From the NCBI GenBank assembly GCA_965655095.1, contig OZ296652.1, positions 21,638,001-21,702,000 of the forward strand: 64,000 bases of DNA, in the 5' to 3' direction. The notes beneath the pieces were generated by a model, which was given only the letters and a program-made list of their open reading frames with translations, was not told the origin of the DNA and did not search any database. Within the stretch, counting starts at the first letter, position 1. Each line of letters starts with the position of its first letter. Below are positions 1 to 12,239 of the stretch, piece by piece. This DNA comes from Haplodiscus bocki. Its lineage: Eukaryota. Both the position numbers and the translations under genes were made by a program.

Positions 1-136
1 ATCCTTGGGAAAATGGCAGATTTTGGAACAGAAATATTTTGAACTTGTATGATTTTGACTAACTGCATGTGCCATCACTGGTTGCCAATTAATTCAATTT
101 TTTCATAAATATTGCCAAAAACATGCATATTTTTAG

Positions 137-312
137 TAGGCCAAGCGAGCAAGGCAGGCCGTACATCCCAAGGAACCCGACAGACATCGAAACTGGAGAC
201 AAGGTCAAGTTCTCCCGCTCAGGGGGAAAGATCAGTCAGGGCGTGATCAAGTATGTGGGCAAACTTCCATCACGCACCGATTTTTACCTTGGAGTTGAGC
301 TTCTTGATGCTG
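137..312 (+). CDS. Internal coding exon of a CAP-Gly domain protein (N-terminal part of the CAP-Gly domain); upstream exons lie outside the window
   Basis: Reads RPSEQGRPYIPRNPTDIETGDKVKFSRSGGKISQGVIKYVGKLPSRTDFYLGVELLDA, matching the CAP-Gly pattern G.V.YVG...(W/Y)LGVEL. Acceptor ttttag at 135-136 (alternative tag at 138-139); donor G|gtaagt at 313. Confidence 0.9.
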
Positions 313-509
313 GTAAGTTTAAATATTTTGCAGAACTCTAAATAATCTAATTCTCATGCTTTCAAAGTAAAGAGAATCAGTTAATATGAATATTTATCCC
401 CCGATTCATATTAGAACCAATTGGTTAGAGCTATTAATAGTAATTGTGCAGTTTTGAATGGGAAAATGTGATGCATTTGAAACCGATATAATGATTCTTT
501 TTGTTCCAG

Positions 510-555
510 AAGGAAAACATGACGGGATCTTTCAAGATCATCGATATTTCACATG
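510..555 (+). CDS. Coding exon of the CAP-Gly protein (GKHDG motif)
   Basis: Acceptor ttgttccag at 508-509. The phase-1 join gives EGKHDGIFQDHRYFT(C), the CAP-Gly GKNDG...RYF.C signature. Donor TG|gtaag at 556. Confidence 0.92.
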
Positions 556-1018
556 GTAAGATTTCCCAATTATTCCAAGTTTATTTTACTGCACGTCTGC
601 TACAGAGATATTAATATTTTGACAAAGCAACTTATTTTCAACAACTCCTTGTGAAAAAATTAACAGCGTAAAGTTAGTGAACATTGCTTGAGTCTTTAAT
701 TACTAACATAATCAAAACTTATGACCATCTGACCGCTCATAAAATTCGCATTCTCATCTCATGTACAATGTGATCTAAATTGTTGAACATTCTTCACGCT
801 CAATGTCTTGTTACTTACTCACTGGCTCAATTTTCATGCTGCTTGAGCAGAATGTGTTCAAAGGTTGGTTATCATTTCACCGGAAGCTCATTTCAATCCA
901 GGTTCTATTCGCCCCAAATATATTTAAGCCGTACATTAGTTTCAATTAGTACATTTAGTGAAAATTTTTTCTGCTTAGTCGCCTATTTATTACGATATTG
1001 CGACCAGTTACTACCAAC

Positions 1019-4000
1019 CTTGACTTGGAAGTTGGTCGTGGCCTGAATGGGTCTGGGTCAATTGGGTCAAGTAAAATGCTTGGGTCTGGTTAAGCTTGGG
1101 TGGAAAGTTATTCTGAAAAAGAAATTTGAAAATTCAGCTGAAATTTTAGTGGAAAAGTACATTAATTGCATGAAAAAACGTCGAATTTAGAATTTGAGTT
1201 TCAAAATTTAACTGTTTTCTCTACTGGCAGCGTGTATATCTGAGGGATCTTGCTTTTAGTGCAGCAGCGAGGAGACCTATGTTTACTTCCGAAATCATTA
1301 TTTATATTTTGTGAGATTTGCGCTAGCGTTTTTTTGCAACAAATGTTTAATAAATTTTGATCGTCAGCTCATATTACTCAAATTAAAAAGGATTCGATAA
1401 AACATAAGATATAATCATGAATACGAGTGACATGAGAGGGAATAAAGACCCTCTAGGCGTTTAAACAGCTATCGCAGCATAAAAATAAAAATCGCTTTAT
1501 TGCGAACCCGAAATTTAATGTCACTTTTCTCGAAGACTCTTATAGATAAAGCAAAACGATTGTCATAAAAAAACTGCATTTCAAAGAGAACAAGTTGAAC
1601 GATTTTCATTCGATCAAAAAGTTAGAGGTTGTCGAAAAATGATAACGAAAATTATTACGGTCCGCAAAACGGCAAAATTGTGAATTCTCAGTTCCATTGC
1701 AGCTTCAGAAGTGCATAAAAGTGAAAGCGGAGAGAAAACAAATTGTTTTATATACAAGAAGAATACAATGGGAGTGAATTTGTAGTGATTTCTGACCACG
1801 CGCAGCGCCACCACCCTCCGTATTAGCATATTTACGTTGTCGCGTCCCAGAAGTAGGGCGTTTTTCAAAAAAGAACCCAATGTTTGCATCCGAAATTTGC
1901 GAATATGAAAAGATAAGCAATTTTCATCATTGTAATTTATATTTACATAAAAGTCTAATATTGGAGTAGGAGCAAAAGTGAACGAAATTGAGATAGTGAG
2001 AAATTGCAACGAGCGAAATGTGCAGTTTAAAAATTGGTGAAATGAGTTCAGTAAAAAATTTATTCTGAAAGAACCACGCAACAGAAAAAGCTCGGGATAA
2101 ACTTTATTGGAAGATGCTTGGATGGAATATTGTACCTGATTTGTTGAACTGATTATAATCACTCAGTTTGGAGAACTGAGAAAGAAGTCGCCAAAAAACA
2201 CCCAAAATAGCCGACAGTCGTCAAAAACCGCAATTTTTTGTTTATTAGTCAATGAATAGCCAATAGAAATTGATCAAAATACTATCAATCGAAAATGTAA
2301 TAACAAGGGAATTGAAATCAACAATAGAGCAAGCGCAACTAACTAGAAATGGATGCCCCACTAAATTACATCTGGCTAAAATCAGGGATTCTGGAAAATG
2401 TCGGTTTGCAAAACGGCTAGTCCCCCCTCGCACCTTTTTGAAGATGGAATGCTCAAAAATTCACACAAATTTCATGACGTTCCTCAAAAAAGTGACCGAA
2501 GACTTTTCCAAATTGTGCCTGTAAGTTGAGGAAAACGACTTTGAAGTTGGACCAAGGTATCCAAAAATGGCTAAAGTCGGTAATTTTGCAAGAAATTGAA
2601 TAACTTTCTGTTGAGACCAGCTAGAGGCCTCATAATTTCGTTGAAAAACTCAGCTTTCAAAATACTAGCAGGAAATAACTAGTTCCGCCCTGGTTAAAAA
2701 TTAGTACCTTGAGAGAAATGACCTCAAAACGACTAAAAATTGAATTTTCGATATGGAAACTTGATTAATTGCAAAAAATCGCATTTTTCGACATTGAGTA
2801 GTGGAAATTAGTGAAACAAAGTCAATTCTGCCAAAAATAGGTACGAAAACTGCGTCTAACGAGATGTTCGTTTTTTATCCCGGACCTTTTTGATAGAAAC
2901 AATAATTTTTTTTAACTTTAGACAGAAACTCTTTTCGGAAATAAATTTTTGCAAGGATATTATGATGGGAACGATTAGAGAAGTTCTTTTAATCGCTCAA
3001 TTTGGAAGTACTCAACCACGCGTGACGAAAAGAAAAGCTGAAAAATCAACCGTAATAACTTGGCAATCAAAACAGTGACATAATCAAATGAAAACGAAGA
3101 GGATTTGTCCTAATCATTTTCACACACCCCCGTTTTGCCAGTGGATACAATCAAAATCAATTAATCATATATGATGTCAGCTGAAAAAACAAACTTTGAG
3201 TAGTATCTAAACTGATGAATGTTGTACTGAAGTGAAGTAAATGAAATAATTTGTGAAAATTGATGAGTCATTTGAGAAATCATTGGACACGAATAACGGG
3301 TGTGACTGATGGTGATGCCGAAAATTATTGAATAATACCGAAAACCATGAAAATGGTTAGGACCAAAATATAAATTAGTATTAGATGACAAACAGAGCAA
3401 AAACTAATGATATTGGAATCGAGTCAAACGAATGACTAAAATGACTAACTAGATGAAAAAACACCAAAAAAAGTGAGTTGGATTGCTTATTCACTTGCTA
3501 CTTTGCTTAAAGCCGTTTTCCTCTGGCTTATTCTTAAACTGAAATTCGGAATTTGAAATTTGAAAACTGTTTTCGAGAAGTTATTGTTGAGCAGTCTGGG
3601 ACTCTGAATGCTGATTAGTTTTTTCGATTGAGAATCTTGTGAGAACAAAATTCTCCATTTAATTACGAGTTGAGTTGCGGTATTGGTGTGCAATCCACTT
3701 CCAGTAATACCAGACGTTTTCTGACTATCAACGCAAAGTTGCTGTAATAATTTGTTCAAAGTGATTGATGTTAATATTTGACCTGTTTTAACGTATTTAT
3801 TGAAGTATTCATTCAGTATTTATTCGATGTGTGACGACGAGTATAATATTATTACTCGAAATTCTGCTGTTGATTGTTATTATCTTCTTAATATTATTTT
3901 TACTCACGATAGAAAGTTGTTTAGCATAAGTTTCTGAACTAAGTTAATTCAAACTTTGTCAAATGAGCAATTTCTTTACTTTGTGTACTCAACAGTCAAG

Positions 4001-4315
4001 GGCTACGAGACACCCTTTTCAGTTGTACGGTGAAAAGTAGAGTTTTCGCATATAATTTGCGGATGAACCTCACCGCCTCCGAAATAGAATCTCTCTTTGA
4101 TTGGTTTTGGAGTTATAAATCTTTTTGTCGATCTCGGCCCGTTCTCCGTCTCATGAACAGTGGTACTACAGTTTAATCTATTTGGAAGTTAATCTCCAAA
4201 ATTTCTACATTTTCCGAAATTTGTTTAATTCATTGGGTCTATTTGGGTCTGGGTCAATTAATCAACTGGGTCAGACTGGGTTTGCGTCGAGAGGCAAGAC
4301 CCACTTCCAAGCCTG
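1019..4315 (+). mobile_element. Decayed full-length hAT-superfamily DNA transposon inside the last intron
   Basis: Imperfect TIRs cttgacttggaagttggtcgtggcct (1019-1044) and aggcaagacccacttccaagcctg (4292-4315). Degenerate 8-bp TSD ctaccaac (1011-1018) / ttactaac (4316-4323). Clustered TGGGTC subterminal repeats at both ends, and transposase remnants inside. Confidence 0.8.
1760..3790 (+). pseudogene. hAT transposase pseudogene (many stops and frameshifts)
   Basis: Remnants appear in hAT order: BED-finger-like ICSDF..TTSVLAYLRCRVP (about 1770-1855), CxxH-like GCPTKLHLA (about 2350-2377), TRW-like SVETS* (2607-2624), LDPRF-like FTHPRF (3119-3136) and dimerisation-domain-like GVQSTSSNTRRF (3685-3720). 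Ends are approximate. Confidence 0.7.
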
Positions 4316-5152
4316 TTACTAACAAGAGCTTAACTTTTGATATGGGTAAAAACAAACTGAAAATTCTTCAACAACCTCAATTTTTCTTCGTAAATTTGAC
4401 CGTTATTCAACTTTAACAGAACAAAACGATTTTCACGAAGATGTAAATTATGTTAGTTTTTATAAAAAATGGTATTCTTTTGCACAAGAGATCGTTTTGG
4501 GGTAAAAAGTTATCTTTCACTTTCAAAGAAGAAAACAATTGTTGAAAAATGGAAACCTTCCATTTCTAATCTGAAACTTTTCAAGTATCAACGATTAAGG
4601 ACAGAAGCTTTTTCTGATATACTTTTGTTCCACCAGCCAAATTTTCATTTTTTTGGCGCTTATGCCTACCGCAGAGGCTTTTTCAAAGGACAGCAGACTC
4701 ACTTCCAATCAGTCCACTTGTTAGAGCTGCTTAAACTGTTGCATTTGCAGCTACTGATCTTGAGAAATCTACTATACTCTTCAAAACTTCCAAAGCCGGA
4801 AAGAATCCGAAACCTTTACTCATAATATCCAATATATCAAAAAAATGCCGATCGTTCTTTCTACTGCCCCCTTTTTGTGTTTTCCAAACAGTTTTTGAGA
4901 AAACACATTCCGAAAAATTTCAATAGCCCCAATTCCACCAAAAGTTTAGACATCAAATTTTTTTGAATAACAACCCCTCACCAACATCAATTTTTTTTCG
5001 AAAAAGCGATTTAAAAAATGGAAATACTCTCCAATCACGTTTTTTAAAAGGGAAAATACACAAATTGCAATACTGACGTTTACAAGTTTTGAACAATTGA
5101 AAAAACCACATTCATATAATTCTTTCAAGCACCTGAATTTCATGTGTTTCAG

Positions 5153-5219
5153 TGCCAAGAACAAAGGCGTGTTCGTTAGTTTCAAGAAGATTGTTATGTG
5201 TTACACTCATATTAAATGA
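5153..5219 (+). CDS. Terminal coding exon of the CAP-Gly protein
   Basis: Acceptor tgtttcag at 5151-5152. The phase-2 join completes C-AKNKGVFVSFKKIVMCYTHIK*, the expected C..N.GVFV end of a CAP-Gly domain. Stop TGA at 5217-5219. Confidence 0.88.
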
Positions 5220-5581
5220 ACAGAGATATGCTGTGTCGCTACTTCCAAAGTTCTTGCTCTGGAGCCTCTCACTTGTCAGGTAGCAGCCACATCAAAAGAA
5301 CTGTCACAATCCCACCAATCAGACATGAACATATCCATGATACATTATTTATTCAAGACCATCTATATGCATTTGAAAATTTTATAAATTGAATTAAGTC
5401 TTTATTCACAAATTGATGTTGCCATGTACATGTTTGATACTCATTATTCAATTGAAAGTTATTCAGAACTAAGGTTTTGAGTGAAAATTGTCGACGAATA
5501 CATTCGACGATGATGTAAGACATTAACAATTCACTGAAAAAAGTTTTGAGTGTAGCTGAAAAAATCTCCGATCATACAGAA

Positions 5582-5587
5582 AATAAA
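5582..5587 (+). promoter_or_regulatory. Candidate polyadenylation signal of the CAP-Gly gene
   Basis: AATAAA about 360 nt downstream of the stop codon; the hexamer is also common by chance in AT-rich DNA. Confidence 0.3.
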
Positions 5588-7534
5588 ATATGTGGAAATA
5601 ATGGAAAAATCTGCTTCCTCGATTTTTGTCATGTAGACAAAGTGTAATGACCCTGGATGCTCAACATTGGAAACTTCCGGTCTATAAGTGGCAACAGCCA
5701 TTGTTGAACAACACGTATTCATATCAGGCTATGTCGAATCGTTTTTTCAAACATTCCAATCGAAAGAAAAATGCGTATTGAAACGGGCTCATGCTCAGTC
5801 TTTTAGGGATGAGTGAGCGAAGTAACTAGGGGATGAGTTGTTGGCAGAATTATCATAACATGTTTCTGAAAAGCGAGCGAGCGAAGTATATAGGTCCCTA
5901 TTGTTATCACTGTTCACAGTTTTTAGGAGGCGAGAGAGGAAAAAGAAAAGGTCATAATCACTTTTCGCCATTGCTTTTGCCATGGCGACTCGAAGATAAA
6001 ACAGATTCAAGCTCTATTTCTTCCTGGTCAGTACTGCTTGTGATTAAACCCAAGACTGTTTGAAAAGGATTATACCCTTCTCGAACGAAGCAAACAAGTG
6101 ATATCAATTCAACAGTCAATTAACTGATAGCGGCTACCTTAGCTCGAATTAGAAGACGTTATATAGAAGAAAATATCCAGGTAACAACCACCCATTTCGT
6201 TCAACTATCGAAACTAATTTCAACTAAATTATTGAATTAAATTTGTCAAAGAATGAATATGTTCAAAGTTCGCTGTAATTCTATTGTTAAGTTTCAATAT
6301 TCACACTAACTGATAATTCGATTGCCACTCTTCGAATAGCTGAGAAAACATTGTTGAGGGCGAAAATGAGAAAAGCTGGAGAAAATCATTTACGATAAGA
6401 TGTACGCTTACTTAATGCTTACATATCATCATTACTTCCTGCATTTTTGTGAAAACAGAACTGCTTTAGCTGATTTAAGGCGGCACTTGTAAGATAAAAG
6501 GAGTGAAGTGTTGCAAAGCAAAGTTTCCTGGCGAATATTTACTCAGTCAAATTTGCACCGAACAGACTTTTCGCCGTTCTTTCTGTAAGCTAAAGAATTA
6601 CCTTCCACTAGATTTTGAGCACCTATTCGGCAAGCGAAGTGAAACGAACTTTGCGACTCATAGGATTTTGAAAACTGTCACCGGCTTCTTAAGCTTTAAA
6701 TGAAACCAGGATTCCTCAAATTGTGCTGAAGGCGATTGTTTTATTACCGCTTGGAGTGAAACGAAATTGCATTTATGCTGACGTTTCATTTTCTAGGGGT
6801 TTCGGGTAATACGAGATAGTCCTTTTGCCAACGTTTGCTCTGAGTGGCACAAATTTACAAGGAATTTTGGAAACGCTCGATTTATGGTTAATTTTTTCCT
6901 TCTCAGTCTTGTGACTGAACTAGCTTTCCTAATGTTAATCAACTTTAACGCCTATTCCCTCCTCATCTGCTGATCGAAACAATCCGATTTTTTCAAACTA
7001 TTTCGATAAATTTCGATTGACCGTTCCCAAAATTCTCGGCTGCTGAAAAGGTGCTGTTAACAAAACGACGAACAACAAAAACGTGACCGCTGCTACTTTC
7101 CATACATAACTCACCCACTTCGTTTAGTGAACTTGACACTCTATTACTTGCAACCCATTGGTTCAGTGGACATACTAAGTATATAAGATTTCAGCCAATG
7201 TCAAAGTTGACCATACTCAAAAATTTTGGTAGGCGAAAAATTTCTTTTGCCGAAAATTAGACGGAAATAAAGAAGTTAGCATTTTGAGAGAGTAATCATT
7301 TTACAGAATACTTTTTCAGCCTTCAAGTTATTTTTATGGGCCTCCAGAACCATCGAATAAATAAATTAGCAAAAGTTTTGTTTTAATTTAGGGCCAACAG
7401 AAGTCCTGTTATTTTTCCTCGTAATCTATTACGAGAAGAAAACCCTACCCTCAGTATAAAGACTTTTTCTCCGCCAGTTTACTAGTTCTGGCTGCGTCAA
7501 CTGCACCGTTGTCGAAAAAATTATTTACTAAAGA

Positions 7535-7725
7535 TGTTCCTTCAGACAGGTAGAATGCAGTTTTGACAGCACTGCTAAAAATTACCTGGTCAAATTCCGA
7601 AAAAAACTGAAAACAATTTTGGAAGAAAAATCAAATACAGATCGGTCGAATTGTTCCCTTGGACAATGGAATGCAGTTCTGATAATTTTAGCAGAACTTT
7701 TTTTTGCTCAAATCTGAAAAAAATT
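7535..7725 (+). repeat. Two diverged tandem units of about 117 bp
   Basis: tgttcc...gaca..(a/g)gaatgcagtt(t/c)tga recurs at 7535 and 7652. Confidence 0.5.
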
Positions 7726-7779
7726 GAAAATTTTCTCTTTTTGCCCTATCTCAATGTGCCTTTTTTCTCTGTTCTATGT

Positions 7780-7947
7780 TTTTTTCTCACTCTAGTTACT
7801 TGTTGCTTCAATCTACCAATTTCGCATCCAACTTTGATTGTGTAGTCGTTGTTTGCATTTCTGTTATTTTTCTCACTCTAGTTACTTGTTGCTTCAATTT
7901 ATCAATTTCACATCCGACTTTGATTGTGTAGTCGTTGTTTGCATTTC
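7780..7947 (+). repeat. 86-bp direct tandem duplication
   Basis: tttctcactctagttacttgttgcttcaat...gattgtgtagtcgttgtttgcatttc occurs twice with period 86 and only a few substitutions. Confidence 0.9.
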
Positions 7948-8830
7948 ATGAGGATCGGTAAACGAAAGTCTGTATTTGAATCCCATTACAGTCAGACTTT
8001 TAAATTGTTTTTCTATGTAAAGTTCAACGTCTACGAGGAGATGGTTGTTTCTACAACAGAGAGTGGTTTTTTGGGCTTCCAAAGACTTTTTTTGCGAAAC
8101 TTGCTCAATTTTGAACATTTTTTACTACTATTTTGCGTATACTGGTTTGAGTTTGAATTTTTTTTAAATTTCTGAGAAGACGGAAAAATTTGAAAAGCTT
8201 CAATATAAAAATATTTGTAAAGAATAAAATATATTTTTTAAAACTCTTCACGGTCAAACTCGTAAAAATACAAACTTTCACAAAAAATCTTTCTTCGATG
8301 ATTAGCAGGAGAATCTAGATCGTGGATCAGAAACAAAAACAGGCGCTGTGAGGTTATGCATACGGATTCTTAATGAGTTATAAACCTTTGCCATGCGATG
8401 ATTTTTTGATTTTTGGCTTGCTTCCGTTGTGATCGTAACATTTTTAAAAATTCTTGGGCCAAGTTTTTGTTGTCAGCACCACTCACTTTTAATTCTCACT
8501 TTTAATATATACAATTCGTAAACACTGTTTTTGATATTGCGCCCCGGGTCAAAATTTTGTCCGAAACTTTGCTGCGATAATGGCGGATCGGCGGAAAAAT
8601 TGCAAAACCGCCGGTATTGGTATTTTGTACAAAAATAACAGCGATTACAGCCCTTTTTAGGAATTTTCCGCCGATAAATTACCACCCATATCTTATAAAA
8701 TTTCGCCGGACTTCGAATTGCCACAACTTTAGCAAAAATTCGCCTATAAATTTTTTGCCGCTGTCGTTCAACATTAAATTTTTGGACCTCCTGAACTAGC
8801 TAGTCAAAGGCATAAAAAAACGTAAATCAA

Positions 8831-9400
8831 GTTGGCGGACAATGTTGCTTTCCACAAAAAAAAGTTTGTAGTTGATGGAAACCGCAATCTTTGTTTCAAA
8901 TTGGAGGCTCTCAGCTCGCGGTCACAATGTAGCCCAGTTGACAGGATCTACTCCAAAGTTGGTGTCCAGAGGACCTCAAAACTGCCTAACAGAATAGAGA
9001 TATCAAAAAATGACACCACATTGATGAAAATCAAACAGCCCGATTCAGATATTGCACAAAATAGAAAATGTCCAATACATCTGAAAAGACAAAACGTGTT
9101 AGTTAAAAGAAGACAAAAAGTGAATAAAATTGTTGGACAATGCTGCTCCGTTCCACAAACATTTTTTTAGTTGATGGAAAGAGGAGCCTTTATGAATGAT
9201 ACTGGAAGTTCTCAGTGTCTGGTGGCAGTATAGCCCAGTTGATAGCATCTATGTCAAAAATTTGGCCTGCATAGGACCTGAAATCTCATAACAGAATCGA
9301 CGTTTTGAGGAAATTAGATCAAACTGAAATAAAAACAGCCCAATTTAAGATATCGCACTAACATAAAGCTATCCACAGGAGGCCAAAATTTGCTCGTTAG
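8831..9400 (+). repeat. Diverged tandem dimer of about 300 bp
   Basis: Colinear anchors ggacaatg, tagttgatggaaa, tagcccagttga..g.atcta, aggacct, taacagaat and aaacagccc recur about 301 bp apart. Confidence 0.7.
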
Positions 9401-10352
9401 CAAGCAGATATCGCAAAACCAATAACGCAGTTTTTTAAGCAAACCACAATGCAAATTCGGATAGCTTAGAAAACACTCATTGAAATTAAATAGACAAGTT
9501 CAGCTTGTCAAAGGAAAAAGATGGAGATTAAGTTGTCGAACAATCTTCACTCTCACAAAAACAGTTGGAGATGATGGAATTGACTGTCTGTTTTTTTTTT
9601 ATCAAAATGGATTTTGCCACTATTTTTAACGAAATTTCTGGGCGAAGATTTTGGTATACCGTAGCCTCCATTTTCGAAAGAAAACATTCCAACGTCTTTT
9701 GTTTTTCTTTTGCAGATTATTTGATATTGTTCCGCAACGGTTCCGTCCCAATCTGGATCAGTACACCGGAAAAATGATACGGAAAAGTACCTATCGCTTA
9801 CAACGATTTTCAGGGATGTAATACGTAACTGCTACGTATCAATTACAAAAAACTACAGAGATGCTCGGTAAACAGTACGTATTAGTTGCATGATAACAAT
9901 TTAAAAGTTGAAACGATGATGCATGATCATACATACAAGCAATATTGATAAAGTTATAATGTTTATTGAGTCTCAATTCACATTGCAGAAGGACCTGGGA
10001 TGTCTTTTTCTGTTGGAAGAACTTGCCTACATGCCTCGCAGACATGCTGCGACAAAAACATGACTTTCTAGCAGGCTGTTGTTCATTTTCTCAGACTATA
10101 TGTTTAGAAAACTAGCAAACTTTGTCACGCAAAAGAAACAACTACCTGCAAATGTCTCAAAAAGGTCGGTCGTTTTTGAACGTTCTAACATCGAGGCGAA
10201 ATTCTGCTTCAGAACACTTGCACCAACGGAATACTAGTCAAGAAACGGAACAATTGGAACTGTTTTGAAAAGGTCACGGTACTAAAAAAGCTACTGATTG
10301 AACAATTAAACGGAAATTCAACTAACTCAGTTAATTCCTATAGACTTTTAAA

Positions 10353-10710
10353 CTAGATAATAAGCACGGGCCGCTACATACAAATATTTATAACGCTATA
10401 TTATTTCATTCGCTTCATATTTTGGATTAAAACATAGATTCTGAAGCGAGCAGGGCATAGTTCTAGAGCATGCAACTGCGGCACCAGCGGTCCAGTTTCG
10501 AACCTTGGACACTCTACCTTCTTTGGGCAAATTTAGGAACTTGTGTTAGTTGTGAGGGGATCGGAAAAAAATACTGTGTTGTAATGACACCACTAGACTC
10601 TCTAATGACGTCACAAAATGCAAGTTTTATACCACATTTTGGAGAAAATAGCATGAACCGCTTCCATTACACATTCTTGCTTTCAGTCAGAACTTGTAAT
10701 AAAATAGTAG
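10353..10710 (-). mobile_element. Possible short non-autonomous Helitron-like element containing a tRNA T-arm/B-box-like segment
   Basis: The minus strand starts ctactattttatt and ends gcggcccgtgcttattatCTAG|t, resembling Helitron termini, but the 3' hairpin is degenerate. It contains the hairpin gtccaaggttcgaaactggac (about 10490-10510). Confidence 0.3.
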
Positions 10711-11350
10711 CCATAGTAATAATGCGGCATTTTTAGTTTAAATTTAAAGAGCTGACTAAAAAAATGTTTTGCTCATGAAGGTGTAGTGAATGGTTAGGAA
10801 AAGCAATGGGACAATAAAAGAAACAATGGAGGAGAACAAGAGCTATTGTGTTCAATTAATGTTTTCTAAATCAGTGCATAAACGTGGAATGAATAATAGA
10901 AATGTTGAATACTGTTGATTTTTAAATCGTTAAACCGTCAAGTATAAAATGGCAAGTTTTCTGCCACTTTTACCAAAAACTAAAATTTACCTTTTCATTA
11001 ACACGTATTGGGAACTTTCGTGCTTTCAAGAACAACTCCTTCGAATTACAAAGCGATTTTTAAATCAGCCAAAAAATTAACTTCATTTAGAAACCAGATT
11101 CCATATTCAATCCCATTAATCTTGTTTTGGCAATTTTTTTGTAAATGCCATTTCTGTCAGTTAGAGAGGTCCCATTTTGATAATAGCAAATTGTGAAACA
11201 AACAATCGATTTACCATTTGCACGAAGAAATTGATTTGACGCAAAATTATGAAAGATTAACTCAACTCAAACATGATAATGAGATTAATAATGATCGACA
11301 ATAGGTGATTGCGAATTGATCATTAACTCTAATTTGTTCACTCACGTTTC

Positions 11351-12239
11351 CCCAGTCGAGAACACGTTGGTAACTTTGATGAATCATTACTGTTGTCATC
11401 AACAACATCAATGATACATCAGTTCTACATCGAACATCGTAAACATTAATGAGCCTTTGATGTTACATCAATGTTTCATCCATGCTGTCAATTTTTTTCC
11501 ACATTGAAGCCATCGATCTTCTATCTACTAAACATCAATGATTCATCGATGCAATATCGATGAATCATCAATGAAACAATGATGAATCACCGATGAAAAA
11601 ATAATTACCTTTACGTCTTCTACGGTTGAATTCAAAACAATAAAATTATGAACTCTTCATATCAAATCATCATTTCCAACCACATTGAGCGAAAATGTTT
11701 GTCAGAAATTTGATTTGAAAGGCAAAAGAGCAATAATTCGAACTTTGAGCGAAAAATTTTTCACTGCTACTCCATTTTTTCGTGCTTATTTTTTGTAATG
11801 ATGGGGCTTTGATTTTGCACCTGAACGTGGTAGTCCTTCGAGTGTCAGTAACCATATCATGACAAGCCAACACTAAAAAAAATTGTATTGACATGGTTTC
11901 TGAGTTCAAGACTTTGTTTTGCAAAAGTTCCGACAGTTTTAAGGCGTACAATACTTTCGTTTGCTTGGCATTTTCACATCCTGGTGCTCTCGGCCTTTTA
12001 GTTGCTGTTACCTAAATTTTGGAACCAAACGTCAATGATACATGAATCATTAATGAAACATCGATGTTTTGAAATATTGTGCTTTGTAATCCTTGACGAT
12101 CTTCAATGTTTCCATCGAAATCATCAATGTTCAATCAATGTTGCATCGATGTCGCATCGTTGTCTCTTTAATGAACAGGCCTGTTTTTTGATGCCTACAT
12201 TAATGAATCATCAATGCTATCAATGTGTTCTCAACTGGG
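11351..12239 (+). mobile_element. Complete non-autonomous TIR element with CCCAG ends (CMC/EnSpm-like), copy A
   Basis: 15-bp TIRs cccagtcgagaacac (11351-11365) and gtgttctcaactggg (12225-12239) with one mismatch. Flanks tc|...|tc fit a 2-bp TSD. Dense CATCAATG/CATCGATG subterminal motifs; no ORF. Superfamily assignment is inferred from the CCC ends and 2-bp TSD. Confidence 0.8.

Noticed and set aside
1614-2162. 182-aa minus-strand ORF as a gene
   Set aside because: It is antisense to the hAT transposase relic and has no recognisable domain.
9716-9830. Possible exon after ttttctttttgcag-type acceptor
   Set aside because: No recognisable peptide or partner exons.
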